From the NCBI GenBank assembly GCA_034933245.1, contig JAYFNX010000009.1, forward strand, positions 6,505 through 70,504: a stretch of DNA of 64,000 bases, in the 5' to 3' direction. The DNA comes from Candidatus Pelethousia sp. Lineage in GTDB: Bacteria > Bacillota > Clostridia > Christensenellales > CAG-138. This document shows, piece by piece, positions 30,931 to 40,506 of the stretch. A program made the position numbers and the translations under genes. Each line of letters begins with the position of its first letter. The first letter of the stretch is position 1. Under the pieces are notes generated by a model. That model had not been told where the DNA came from. It searched no databases and saw only the letters and a program-made list of their open reading frames with translations.

Positions 30931-31254
30931 ATGCCTTGCCATCACGTTCTTGCCCCCCAGCCTGAATTGGGCTGCTACATCATCCGCGATGTCCACGACG
31001 GCCGACCCGACGGTGTGCTTCTCGCCCTCTCCGATGCGGAGGAGGCGATGGTTTCCGCCGCTGCGGCGATCCTGGCTGTACAGGGTTTCGCCTGCCGCCT
31101 TGCCCGCATGGCCGACAAGTCCCTTTTTGCGGCCCAATCCCAGGCCTACCAAGCCAGCGTCCTGCCTCCCGATGTCCGTTTCCTTTCGCCGGAGCCGGGA
31201 GAAACGCCTGCGCAGCTAGCCAGCCGTATGGCGGCCCAGCTTCGCGGAAAATAG
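30931..31254 (+). CDS. stand-alone transketolase C-terminal-domain-like protein
   Basis: ORF 30907..31254, ATG 30931 behind AAGGAG. GCYIIRD...PDGVLLALSDAEEAMVSAAAAILAVQGFACRLARMADKSLFAAQSQAYQASVLPPDV aligns by eye with E. coli TktA GGYVLKD...[56 protein letters not shown]. Confidence 0.6.
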   Translation: MPCHHVLAPQPELGCYIIRDVHDGRPDGVLLALSDAEEAMVSAAAAILAVQGFACRLARMADKSLFAAQSQAYQASVLPPDVRFLSPEPGETPAQLASRMAAQLRGK

Positions 31255-31267
31255 CGGAAATTCTATG

Positions 31268-31294
31268 GGCGGCATATGCCGCCCTTTCGTTTCA
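31268..31294 (+). terminator. rho-independent terminator
   Basis: GGGCGGC-ATAT-GCCGCCC followed by TTTCGTTTC. Confidence 0.75.
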
Positions 31295-31496
31295 CGCCTT
31301 GTTAACAAACTGGTTACGGAACAGACATGGACATTCCCTTCTTTCGCCATATTTGCATGGTATTCTATATACAACAAAAAGAGAGAGAGTGAGGGGTGCC
31401 TATAAGACATGATCCATGCAAGAGCCAATTACGAACTCCTTTATAAGATGAGATGAGATGTGTGATTCCCCCCTTACCGGCCGCGATAGGCCGGGG

Positions 31497-31528
31497 AAAG
31501 ACCGGTCAGAGCAGGCCGGTCTTTTTTT
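31497..31528. terminator. hairpin with a flanking A-tract and T-tract (bidirectional terminator downstream of tadA)
   Basis: AAAGACCGG-tcagagcagg-CCGGTCTTTTTTT. Confidence 0.5.
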
Positions 31529-31592
31529 GCAAAAAGAGTGCGAGCACTATGTGCATAATGGGAAAGGCCGGCGCAAAGGCCAGCCTTTTTCT

Positions 31593-32054
31593 TCACGTTT
31601 CCATGCGCTTTCCCTGAAAATACTGCCGGAGAAGCGCGGTGCATTCCGCCTCCTCCGCCCCGCCAACGCACCGCACAATGCGGTGGTGAAGCAGTTCATC
31701 CGTCAGATCCAGCACGGAGCCGCAACAGCCCGCTTCCGGGTCGAACGCTCCGAATACGATGGCGTCCACCCTGGCCAAAAGCGCCGCCCCGGCGCACATG
31801 GCGCACGGCTCCAGCGTGACATATAAGGTGCACCCGCACAGCCTGGCTTTTCCTCTGCCCTTTTGCGCTTGCTGCAGGGCAAGAAGTTCTGCGTGGGCCG
31901 TGGCGTCTTCCAACCCTCCTGTTTGGTTATGTGCCAAAGCCAGCACGTTTCCCCCAGCATCCACCACGGCTGCACCCACGGGGACCTCGCCCGCCGCAAG
32001 CGCAAGCCGCGCTTCTGCCAAGGCAAGCGCCATTCCCTGGCTTGCCAGCATCAT
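31593..32054 (-). CDS. tadA: tRNA-specific adenosine deaminase
   Basis: ORF 31593..32117. ATG 32054 overlaps the lpdA stop codon (ATGA). Zinc motifs HAELLAL and PCAMCAGA. Confidence 0.9.
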   Translation of the reverse strand: MMLASQGMALALAEARLALAAGEVPVGAAVVDAGGNVLALAHNQTGGLEDATAHAELLALQQAQKGRGKARLCGCTLYVTLEPCAMCAGAALLARVDAIVFGAFDPEAGCCGSVLDLTDELLHHRIVRCVGGAEEAECTALLRQYFQGKRMET

Positions 32055-33421
32055 TCCCCTGCGCTCCAGGCGGCTTCCCGCAGGATTTCGCACACGGTAG
32101 GATGGGGAAACACGCACCGTTTAATTTGTTTCAGCGTCATCTTGGCCTCCATAAACACCCCTACGGTTACGATGAATTCGCTGGCATAATTGCAAAGTGC
32201 CTGCGCGCCCATTACGATTTGGGTCTTGGGATCCACAAGGAACTTGCACAGGCCGTCCCCCCCCTCGTTTTCGGCCAAATACCGGCCGCTGAAGCGCATG
32301 GGAAGCTTCACCACCTGCACATCCAGACCACGCTCCCGAGCGCCCGCCTCCGTAAGGCCCACGCTCGCAAGCTCCGGATTTGTATAAATCGCAGCGGGAA
32401 TTGCATCATAATGCATCGCATCCTCCACGCCAAGCATCTGATTAACGGCCACCTCCGCCTCCCGGTAAGCCGTATGGGCCAGCATGGATTTCCCGTTCAC
32501 ATCGCCGGCGGCGTATACGCCCGGCACATTGGTCTGCATATGGTTATCCGTAACAATGGCGCCCCGTTCCAACGCAATGCCCAAATTCTCCAGCCCCAAC
32601 CCTTGGGTAGTCGGGCGGCGGCCAATGGAGAGCAGAACCTTGTCCGCGGGAATAAAGGCGGCCTGCCCATCCTTTTCGTAAGACACGCCCTCGGGGGTAA
32701 TCCGGGTAACCTTGGCACTCAACAGGAAACGCATGCCCTTTTTTTCATAATTTTTTTGCAGGATTGAGGTGAGTTCCCCGTCGTTTTCGCCGGCGATATG
32801 GTCCAGCATCTCTACGATGGTCACCTGGCTTCCGGCCGTACAAAAATAGCTGGCCATTTCCAGGCCGATCACACCGCCTCCGATGACCACCAGCTTCTCC
32901 GGCACCGTCTCAAGGGAAAGCGCTTCCCGGTTGGTAAGCACAAATCCGCTCTGCAATTCTTCCTTCAATCCAGGGATAGGCGGGACGGCAGGGCCGGAAC
33001 CCGTGGCGATAAGCAGCCTTTTGGCATGGTAGGTTTCGCCTCCCGCTTCCACGGCAAAGCCATCCTCGGCCTTGCCCAGTATTTTGGCTTGGGCGTTTGC
33101 CACATCCACGCCCGCGCTTTTGAGGGCGCTCTTTACGCCGCCCACCAGCAACCGTACGACTTTATTTTTGCGGCCAACCACCTTGCTGTGATCCAGAGAA
33201 ATATCCGGGGCGTTTACGCCGTATTTTTCCCCATGGGCAGCACCATCATAAATCTTGGCGCTATAAAGCAGCGTTTTGGTTGGAATGCAGCCTTCATTGA
33301 GGCATACGCCACCCAGGCTGTTTGCCTCGATGCACAGCACTCGCAGCCCGCCTCGGGCCGCGCGCTCGCTTGCTAAATATCCGCCGGGTCCCCCGCCGAT
33401 TACAATCAGATCATAGGTCAT
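32051..33421 (-). CDS. lpdA: dihydrolipoyl dehydrogenase
   Basis: ORF track, 456 aa. GGGPGGY FAD motif and redox-active GGVCLNEGCIPTK. Confidence 0.9.
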   Translation of the reverse strand: MTYDLIVIGGGPGGYLASERAARGGLRVLCIEANSLGGVCLNEGCIPTKTLLYSAKIYDGAAHGEKYGVNAPDISLDHSKVVGRKNKVVRLLVGGVKSALKSAGVDVANAQAKILGKAEDGFAVEAGGETYHAKRLLIATGSGPAVPPIPGLKEELQSGFVLTNREALSLETVPEKLVVIGGGVIGLEMASYFCTAGSQVTIVEMLDHIAGENDGELTSILQKNYEKKGMRFLLSAKVTRITPEGVSYEKDGQAAFIPADKVLLSIGRRPTTQGLGLENLGIALERGAIVTDNHMQTNVPGVYAAGDVNGKSMLAHTAYREAEVAVNQMLGVEDAMHYDAIPAAIYTNPELASVGLTEAGARERGLDVQVVKLPMRFSGRYLAENEGGDGLCKFLVDPKTQIVMGAQALCNYASEFIVTVGVFMEAKMTLKQIKRCVFPHPTVCEILREAAWSAGE

Positions 33422-33534
33422 TGCCCGCTGTTCCTCCCTTTTGTTGATATGCTTTGGTTGAGAAATGATACCTAAACGATGCGCCCATTATACCACGTTT
33501 CTCAGGGGGCATACAAGCACCCGGCAATCTTCGC

Positions 33535-35139
33535 TTAGCGTAGTAGCCTGCCAAGGCGGCTTCCTGTAAGGGCGCCGTCGGCATAGGCGACCTCTCCCGC
33601 CACAAACACCTTCTTCACGCCCAAGCAGGTTTGGTTGGAATTGGCGTACGTTGCCCGAGCCCGAAGGTTGTTTCCATCCAACAATACCAAATCCGCATCC
33701 ATTCCCGCAGCGATTACACCCTTTCCATAAAGGCTTAAACGGTCGGCGGGCAGGCCGCTCATCCGGTGGATCATCTCCTCCAAAGAAAAGAGCTTCTTTT
33801 CAAGCACATAGTATTCCACGGCCCGGATAAAACTTGCAAACGCCCTTGGATGGCCGTTCTCATCGGGCCTGCCCATAAGGCCGTCCGTCCCGATGACACT
33901 ATGGGGATATTTGGCGATAGCCAGCAAATCCTCTTCGCACATGTGAAAATAGACGCCCAGGCCCAGGCCATTATTGCGCCGGAGAATATCCACATACGCA
34001 TCGAATGGATCCTGCCCCGTCTTTTCCGCATATTCAGCCACGCGCATGCCTTCCGCTTCATGGAAAATGGGGCAGCTGGAAACCAAAACCCCATCGAATC
34101 CGCCGCTATTATATACATAATTATCATAGCCGCAGGGTTTCTCCATTGCCCGCCGAATTTCGGCCACATCCGCAGGGTTTTCCAAATGCCGCGCAAGCGC
34201 CTGGGGCCCATCCTTTCTAAAGCGGGGTGGGATGGATACGTTCAGGCTGGTCATCCCTGCAAGGTAGGGATAATGGTCCACGGTCAACTGAAGCCCTCTG
34301 GCCACGGCCGGATCAAAAATTTCCGTTAGCACGCGCCGGGGCTTGCCCCAGTTCTGGCGGCCCGCCGCTTTAAAGTGGGAAATAAAGAGGGGGATATCCG
34401 CCGCTTCCGCGCTTCGGACGGCCTCCTGCTCGGCTTCCAGCAAAAAGTCCGATTCATCCCGTACATGGGTGGCATACATGCCCCCTTCGGCAGCGGCGGC
34501 TTTGAGCAAGGCGGTAATTTCATTCTCTCTCCCATAGCACCCCGGCACGTAGACCAATCCTGTGGAGAGGCCCAGGGATCCCGCCTGGATGCATTCACGC
34601 AGCATTCCTTCCATCCGTTCCATCTGACGGGCTGTGGGCTGGGAATCGTCATAGCCCATGGCCCAAAGCCGCAAGGCTCCATGGCCGGTAAAGAGGGCTA
34701 CGTTTAAGGGCAAGGCAAGGCCTTCGATATAGCGCGCATAGGCCTCGAATCCGGCCATGGACGCCGGATCTTTCGGCATGGTGGGATAAGGGGCAATGGC
34801 GGAAACAAAACGGGTAAATTCCTCCATCTCCCCCTGGTTCGCCGGGCATAAGGAAGCCCCGCATTGGCCCGCCACCTGGGTTGTTACGCCTTGTGAAAGC
34901 TTGGAGAGGGAAGAAAAATCGCTTTCCAGCATCAAATCCCCATGGGAATGGGCGTCGATAAAGCCGGGGCAAAGGGTCAGTCCCTTTGCATCCAGCGTTT
35001 CCCGGGCCTGGAGCGTGGCTCCTTGCCCGGCACGCACCTGAGCGATCCTTCCCTTGGCTATGCCCACGCTTCCCTTATAGGCCGGCCGCCCCGTTCCATC
35101 TATAATACTAGCATTTTGAATGCATATATCCACCACCAT
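33535..35139 (-). CDS. N-acyl-D-amino-acid deacylase (D-aminoacylase) family amidohydrolase
   Basis: ORF track, 534 aa. ...IIDGTG...GFIDAHSHGD... and overall length typical of the family. Confidence 0.75.
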   Translation of the reverse strand: MVVDICIQNASIIDGTGRPAYKGSVGIAKGRIAQVRAGQGATLQARETLDAKGLTLCPGFIDAHSHGDLMLESDFSSLSKLSQGVTTQVAGQCGASLCPANQGEMEEFTRFVSAIAPYPTMPKDPASMAGFEAYARYIEGLALPLNVALFTGHGALRLWAMGYDDSQPTARQMERMEGMLRECIQAGSLGLSTGLVYVPGCYGRENEITALLKAAAAEGGMYATHVRDESDFLLEAEQEAVRSAEAADIPLFISHFKAAGRQNWGKPRRVLTEIFDPAVARGLQLTVDHYPYLAGMTSLNVSIPPRFRKDGPQALARHLENPADVAEIRRAMEKPCGYDNYVYNSGGFDGVLVSSCPIFHEAEGMRVAEYAEKTGQDPFDAYVDILRRNNGLGLGVYFHMCEEDLLAIAKYPHSVIGTDGLMGRPDENGHPRAFASFIRAVEYYVLEKKLFSLEEMIHRMSGLPADRLSLYGKGVIAAGMDADLVLLDGNNLRARATYANSNQTCLGVKKVFVAGEVAYADGALTGSRLGRLLR

Positions 35140-35274
35140 GGCTTTTTACCCCCATCCACCGTAAAATAAGGCGGGCTGCTCTTGGAGCCGCACGCCTTTG
35201 CGCTTTCCTACCAGATTATAGTCCCCCCTTCGCCCTTTTGCAATGGGGTATACGACTTTGATGGCTGCGCCGCG

Positions 35275-36684
35275 TTATTCCGGCAGATCTGCGGGCCGCA
35301 CATCATAATAGACCTGCTCCCTATAGCGGCTGTTTTGTATGGCCTCGCGGACATCTTCGGATAAATCATAGCGCAGGTAATCCGCATCCGTCTGGGAAAG
35401 TATGCCGCCCCGGCTATCCGCCAAGCCAAATATGCTTTCCGCGATCATTCCTTCCACGTTCACCAGATTCAAAGCCACATACCAGCCCACCAGCAATAGG
35501 GCGCAAATGCGCAGGAGGCCCGCTCTGGAAACGAGGCCACGCCCCGAAAGCCGCAGGCCGCAGAGCATAACCGCAACCCCCAGATACAGCATAAGCCAGA
35601 GGGAAAGCACCCGCTTCCACGTGAGGGCATAGGCGTGAATATAGAGGCCGAGCCTCACAAAAGCGGAAAGAAGCACCCCCGCCGTAGCGATTAACAGCGC
35701 AAAAAGAAAGGGTTTGAGGGCCTTATGGGGCTGCGTACAACACAGGCCCAGGGAAAATACGCCCAGATTAATGGCCGCCACCCACAGGAGCTGGCCAAAC
35801 CCGCTCACCGCATATTTGGAATAGGTCAGGCCGGCGGGCAGGCCCTTCCAGCCTGTGAGATACGTAAACTGGAAGATGGCGAAAACCAGATAGGCGAGCA
35901 GTAGCATGCTGATTCCTGCCAGCAGGGAGTGGGCAGGCAGAAAAGCTTTGGCGTTCTTTTGTCCCAGAACCGGAAGCGTATCCCCTTCCTTTCCCCATGC
36001 AAAGTTATATAGGAAGGAGTAGAAAAGAACGGCCACTATGAGCATCACCGCCAGCCTGCCAAGGGAGATGTGCGGCAGCGCCTCCAGCAGGCTGGAAATG
36101 GCGGCGCCCATGGCTTGATCCGCCTCCAGCAGCAAGGCACATACCACAAAAAGCACCGGGAGCCCGCACAGAATGCCAAGAATGATATTTCGCTTGGCCG
36201 CCTTTGCGCCATCGTCCCCCTCGCTGTGGCCAAATAGGGCTCCCAGGGCCGCAAACCATTTTCCAATAGCGCTGAAGGGATACAAAAACCAGCCCAGCAG
36301 ATAAGCCCGGGCCCAAGGCCAGGCAGCGTCTCCGGGAAATTCAAAAGCGCCCACCACTGCATGGAGCATCAGCGTTAGCGGGAGGATAAGGAAATTCATC
36401 GTGGTAAGCACCTGCTCCTTATATAGGGCGCTGTGCAGAAAAAGCACAAGTACCGCGCCCAAAAGAAACCATGCTTCCCGCTTTGCCCGTACGCGTTTCC
36501 ACAGGCAAAGGTAATAGGCAAGGAGATACAGCCCCCAAAACAGAGCGTAAGCAGCCATGTATTCCCACAGGTTCTTTTCTCCCCCTAAAACCGCGAATGC
36601 AAAACTATAGCCGATAGCCAGGGTAAGCAGCAGCAGCCAGCTCATCATGTTCGGCTTAAATCCCGTCTTATTTTCCATTGTCAT
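35275..36684 (-). CDS. large polytopic membrane protein (DUF4153-like)
   Basis: ORF 35275..36705. The start MTMENKTGF overlaps the 3' end of the HTH gene. More than 10 hydrophobic helices. Confidence 0.6.
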   Translation of the reverse strand: MTMENKTGFKPNMMSWLLLLTLAIGYSFAFAVLGGEKNLWEYMAAYALFWGLYLLAYYLCLWKRVRAKREAWFLLGAVLVLFLHSALYKEQVLTTMNFLILPLTLMLHAVVGAFEFPGDAAWPWARAYLLGWFLYPFSAIGKWFAALGALFGHSEGDDGAKAAKRNIILGILCGLPVLFVVCALLLEADQAMGAAISSLLEALPHISLGRLAVMLIVAVLFYSFLYNFAWGKEGDTLPVLGQKNAKAFLPAHSLLAGISMLLLAYLVFAIFQFTYLTGWKGLPAGLTYSKYAVSGFGQLLWVAAINLGVFSLGLCCTQPHKALKPFLFALLIATAGVLLSAFVRLGLYIHAYALTWKRVLSLWLMLYLGVAVMLCGLRLSGRGLVSRAGLLRICALLLVGWYVALNLVNVEGMIAESIFGLADSRGGILSQTDADYLRYDLSEDVREAIQNSRYREQVYYDVRPADLPE

Positions 36685-36889
36685 TTTCCTCCGGCACATA
36701 TTCAAGAATCTCCGTCACTTGGCACTCCAAAATGCGGCATAGGGCATTCAATGTGGAAAAGCGGATGGCCTTGCCCCTGTTATTCTTTAAGATGGACAGG
36801 TTGGCTGCCGTAATGCCCAGCCGCTCACACAGCTCGCTGGAGCTCATATGGCGCTTAGCCATGGCAATATCCAAATTTACCCGAATCAT
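36668..36889 (-). CDS. small XRE/YozG-like helix-turn-helix regulator
   Basis: ORF track, 73 aa, MIRVNLDIAMAKRHMSSSELCERLGITAANLSILKNNRGKAIRFSTLNALCRILECQVTEILEY. Confidence 0.85.
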   Translation of the reverse strand: MIRVNLDIAMAKRHMSSSELCERLGITAANLSILKNNRGKAIRFSTLNALCRILECQVTEILEYVPEENDNGK

Positions 36890-36899
36890 AGCCCTCTCC

Positions 36900-37367
36900 T
36901 CAAATGGTCAGGTCATTTTCCCGCTTATAGGCCACGGCCCGGCGGAATACCTGCGCCAACACCAGGGCAAAAAGCCCGGAAAGAATCATGACTAGGCCGC
37001 ATACCGCCGTCATGAACGTAAAGAGGAATAAGCATTTGATGAAAAAAGCAACGCCTGCCAACTCCGCCGCCATACCCATGCGAAAAAAGGCCCGTACGTT
37101 GCGCTCCTCGAATGGATCCGTATCCACGCTGCGCAAAACGCCGATCAACTCCCCCAATATCCAAAGAGCCATAGCGTCCATGGCCGTAAGAAATGCCATC
37201 ACGGTCCATGCCCGCATGGGGTTGCCCACCCCATAGGCTAAAAGGAAAGCCTCCCGCAAGTCGGCCGAAATATAGAGCCCTCCAATAAGAAGCGCCACCA
37301 GGGCAAACACGCCATATAACAGTCCCCGGGTAAGTCGGGATAGGGTTTTGGGGTTCATGTTGTTCAC
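36900..37367 (-). CDS. DUF2975-like four-helix membrane protein
   Basis: ORF track, 155 aa. Lies directly upstream of the YozG-like HTH gene, a recurrent gene pair in Firmicutes. Confidence 0.6.
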   Translation of the reverse strand: MNNMNPKTLSRLTRGLLYGVFALVALLIGGLYISADLREAFLLAYGVGNPMRAWTVMAFLTAMDAMALWILGELIGVLRSVDTDPFEERNVRAFFRMGMAAELAGVAFFIKCLFLFTFMTAVCGLVMILSGLFALVLAQVFRRAVAYKRENDLTI

Positions 37368-37486
37368 CTCCGGCCTTATGGTACTATATTTTTTATCGAA
37401 TTACAATATGTTTTTGTTGTTTATCAATAAAATATCCAGCCATAAAAAATGGCTGGGTTATAAAACAGCGAAAACCTTTTTCTTTC

Positions 37487-38446
37487 TTAATCCGTTGCCA
37501 AGAGCAGTTCCCTAACTTGTGCAGGATGGGGCATGGCCGGCATGGCGCCCCGTTTTTGAATGCAGAGAGCGGCCGTAGCATTGCCCCATGCGGCACAGGC
37601 ACATGCTTCCTTTATGGAAAGTTCCCCCGGATGTTTTCCGCTTTCTAGTAGTTTATGTAAAAAACCGCCCCAAAATGCATCCCCAGCGCCGGTCGTATCT
37701 ACCACGGGGACGGAATAACCCGCCACGTAAGCAGTTCTGTTTTCCACACAGACCAGTGCGCCTTTACCACCCAGCGTCACCGCGACGCAGGCAACGCCCT
37801 TTTCCTGCAGGGCTAGGGCAGCCGCCTCCGGCTCCGCTTCGTCCGTCAGCAGGCCGGTCTCCGAATCTGAAAGCTTCATCACGTCCGCATAAGGTATGAT
37901 GGATCGCATTCGATCCTTGGCGATAGATTCCGTCGGCCACAGAGAAGCACGATAATTGGGGTCGTATGATATCATGGCCCCGCCCTTTTTGGCCGTTTCC
38001 AGTGCGCTATAGGTAGCGCTTTTGGCTGGTTCGTCGGTAAGGGAAAGGGAACCCACGTGGAGAACGCGGGTGGCGGACAGCAGGCCCGGATCGATCTCCT
38101 CCCCTCTCAATTGGGTATCGGCGCCGGGCTTTCTGGCAAAGGAAAATGCCCTTTCCCCTTCCGGCGAAAGCGCTACGAAAGCCAGCGTGGTAAACACATC
38201 CTCCGCAAGCACCAGCCCGGTGGTTTCGATTCCCGCTGCTTCCAGGGTGCGTTTGAGGAACAGGCCGTGCATATCCGTGCCGACCTTGCCGATAAAAGCT
38301 GTTTTGCGGCCGCATTTTGCCGCCGCAGCCAGCACGTTTGCTACCGCGCCCCCCGGGTTTTGCTCGAAGAGCTTCATGCCGTTTGTGGAACGGCCGCTTT
38401 CCGTAAAATCGATAAGTAGTTCGCCTAGCGCCACGATATCATACAT
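37487..38446 (-). CDS. PfkB-family sugar kinase (fructokinase-like)
   Basis: ORF 37487..38482. ATG 38446 (MYDIVALGELLIDF) behind AAGGAG. C-terminal DTTGAGDAF motif. Confidence 0.85.
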   Translation of the reverse strand: MYDIVALGELLIDFTESGRSTNGMKLFEQNPGGAVANVLAAAAKCGRKTAFIGKVGTDMHGLFLKRTLEAAGIETTGLVLAEDVFTTLAFVALSPEGERAFSFARKPGADTQLRGEEIDPGLLSATRVLHVGSLSLTDEPAKSATYSALETAKKGGAMISYDPNYRASLWPTESIAKDRMRSIIPYADVMKLSDSETGLLTDEAEPEAAALALQEKGVACVAVTLGGKGALVCVENRTAYVAGYSVPVVDTTGAGDAFWGGFLHKLLESGKHPGELSIKEACACAAWGNATAALCIQKRGAMPAMPHPAQVRELLLATD

Positions 38447-38451
38447 AGGCG

Positions 38452-39141
38452 TTACTCCTTTGCAGCGGGATATTCGTTGCACAGCAGGCGGTAGGCGGGC
38501 ACATCCTCCTCAATGGTGGAAAACCGGCCTATGGGCTGGTGAAAGCGGTTATCGTGCATATCGTCGTTGCACATGGATACCTCGCCCAGCAGCACGGGGC
38601 CCGTCCCCTGTTCCACCGTGAAGTCATGATACATATGGGGATAGATGCTGATGCTTTCCCCGGGGGTAAGCCGCACTTGCGTGCCTGCCGGCACATAATA
38701 TTCCCGGCCGTCGCTGCATATGCGCACATTCGTATCCAAAAAACCCGTTTCGTCCGGCGTGGCGTTATAGACCCGGATCAGCACGTTGCCACCGCCCCGG
38801 TTGATTATGTCCTCCATCTTGGCCCAGTGGAAGTGCATGGGGGAATACTGCCCCTCTTCCAGGTAAAGCAGCTTTTCCGCATAGGTTTTGGGATATGTCC
38901 CCGGCCTCGCAAAGTTGCCGTTGCGCAGGGTAATGAGGGAAAAGCCAAAATCCTGGAAATGTCCCTCGCCATAATCCGTCACATCCCAGCCCAGCATATT
39001 ATCCCGTATTTCGTCATATTCGTGTCCTTTTTCCCGCCATGCCTCGGGCGTCCAGCCGCAAAAAGGCGGCAGGGTAAAGCGACAGGTTTGGATCATAGCT
39101 TCCATGCGGTGAATGGCCTCATTGATCTGCGAACGCTTCAT
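38452..39141 (-). CDS. D-lyxose/D-mannose ketol-isomerase (cupin)
   Basis: ORF track, 229 aa, ...GWDVTDYG.G.F...GL.L.TLRNGN...Y.EK.L...EGQ..PMHFHW.K.EDIINRGGG. Confidence 0.75.
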   Translation of the reverse strand: MKRSQINEAIHRMEAMIQTCRFTLPPFCGWTPEAWREKGHEYDEIRDNMLGWDVTDYGEGHFQDFGFSLITLRNGNFARPGTYPKTYAEKLLYLEEGQYSPMHFHWAKMEDIINRGGGNVLIRVYNATPDETGFLDTNVRICSDGREYYVPAGTQVRLTPGESISIYPHMYHDFTVEQGTGPVLLGEVSMCNDDMHDNRFHQPIGRFSTIEEDVPAYRLLCNEYPAAKE

Positions 39142-39154
39142 ATCTCTTTTCTCC

Positions 39155-40447
39155 TTAATCTATGGGTATGGATTGATATTGGATTAGCCGTCCTGCCGTC
39201 TCTACATCGGGAAATACGCCGCCCGTAACAGCGCCCAGCAAAGCAGCCCCAAAGGCCGCTTCCTCCTTGCAGCGACAGAACCGAAGCGGACGGCCTACCC
39301 GCTCTGCCAATATTCGTTGCAGCAGGGGATTCCTTCGCGCGGCGTTTCCGGACGCAACCAGAAGCCCCGCCGGATCCGCCGGGAGCATGGTGCTAAGCTC
39401 GTTGGCTATCCCGGTAAGCATGCCCCAAATTAGGCGGCCGGGCGTAAAATTCTCTGCTGAAATGCCCGTAATCCCGCCGCGTCTGTTTGGTTCGGAACGG
39501 GTACCACAAAAGCGGACGTCCACCGCCAAGGGAGCCTCCCCATAGGCGGACAGGGCCATATCCAGCATGCGCGCATAAAGATCATCAGGGGCTTGGATTC
39601 CCATCATATCGGCGGACTGCGCAAAAAAATCATGTAAAAGTGCAAGGGCGCGCCCGCCGCATAAGGCGGACCCCACACGGATAATCCGCCCGTTAAAAAA
39701 GGGGCGGATCTCGCAAGGACTATCCTGGCCCAAAACGGATACCTGGGCGCCGGTTCCGATATTGATCAGTACGCCTTGGTTCATGCCCAATGCGCCCAAC
39801 ACGCTGGCTTGGTTATCGCCCACGGCGCAGCAAACGGCCATGCCCTCCGGGCCATTGCCTACCGCCCCCCCTTGCGTGATGGACGGTAGCATCGCACCAG
39901 GGATGCCGGCAGCTTCCAACGCCTTCGCATCAAAGCACCCGGCCGCCACATCGAACATACCCAGGCTGTGCGCCAGGCTTGGATGCATATGCGGGGAGGT
40001 ACCGCCGCACAATCGCATGGCCACATAATCGCCTATGGTGCAAATCCCACGGGCGGACTTGGGCACAATGCCTCGGCGCATATGCATCCAAAGGGTGGTA
40101 AGGCCATAACCAGCGGCCATGGGATAGCCACAGGTTTCGGATAAGGCCTCCGTATCGCCGCCGGCGTCATATTGCCATGTATAGAGAGGGCTTACCGGCT
40201 CGCCTTGCCCATCCATATACAGAATGCCGTGCATTTGGGCGGATATGCCCAACCCGCAAGGCCGCTGCCCGGCTACCTGCCGAAGCTCTCCGTATAGTTC
40301 CCGGCATGCATGTAGGATAGCATGGGGGTCCTGCATCACGGCGCCGGTATTGGGCCGCCCCAGGACGGCCTCCGCCTCGCCCGTTTCGCAATCCAGCACC
40401 AGGCCGCAAAGGGAGCTTGTGCCGATATCCAGCCCCATGCTTTTCAT
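39155..40447 (-). CDS. FGGY-family carbohydrate kinase (xylulokinase- or sedoheptulokinase-like)
   Basis: ORF track, 430 aa. N-terminal GLDIGTSS actin-fold ATPase motif. Confidence 0.75.
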   Translation of the reverse strand: MKSMGLDIGTSSLCGLVLDCETGEAEAVLGRPNTGAVMQDPHAILHACRELYGELRQVAGQRPCGLGISAQMHGILYMDGQGEPVSPLYTWQYDAGGDTEALSETCGYPMAAGYGLTTLWMHMRRGIVPKSARGICTIGDYVAMRLCGGTSPHMHPSLAHSLGMFDVAAGCFDAKALEAAGIPGAMLPSITQGGAVGNGPEGMAVCCAVGDNQASVLGALGMNQGVLINIGTGAQVSVLGQDSPCEIRPFFNGRIIRVGSALCGGRALALLHDFFAQSADMMGIQAPDDLYARMLDMALSAYGEAPLAVDVRFCGTRSEPNRRGGITGISAENFTPGRLIWGMLTGIANELSTMLPADPAGLLVASGNAARRNPLLQRILAERVGRPLRFCRCKEEAAFGAALLGAVTGGVFPDVETAGRLIQYQSIPID

Positions 40448-40506
40448 ATGCCCTCCTTTTGAACAAAGGGGCGCAATGCGCCCCTTTTCCGTCCCTTTGC
40501 TTGCGC

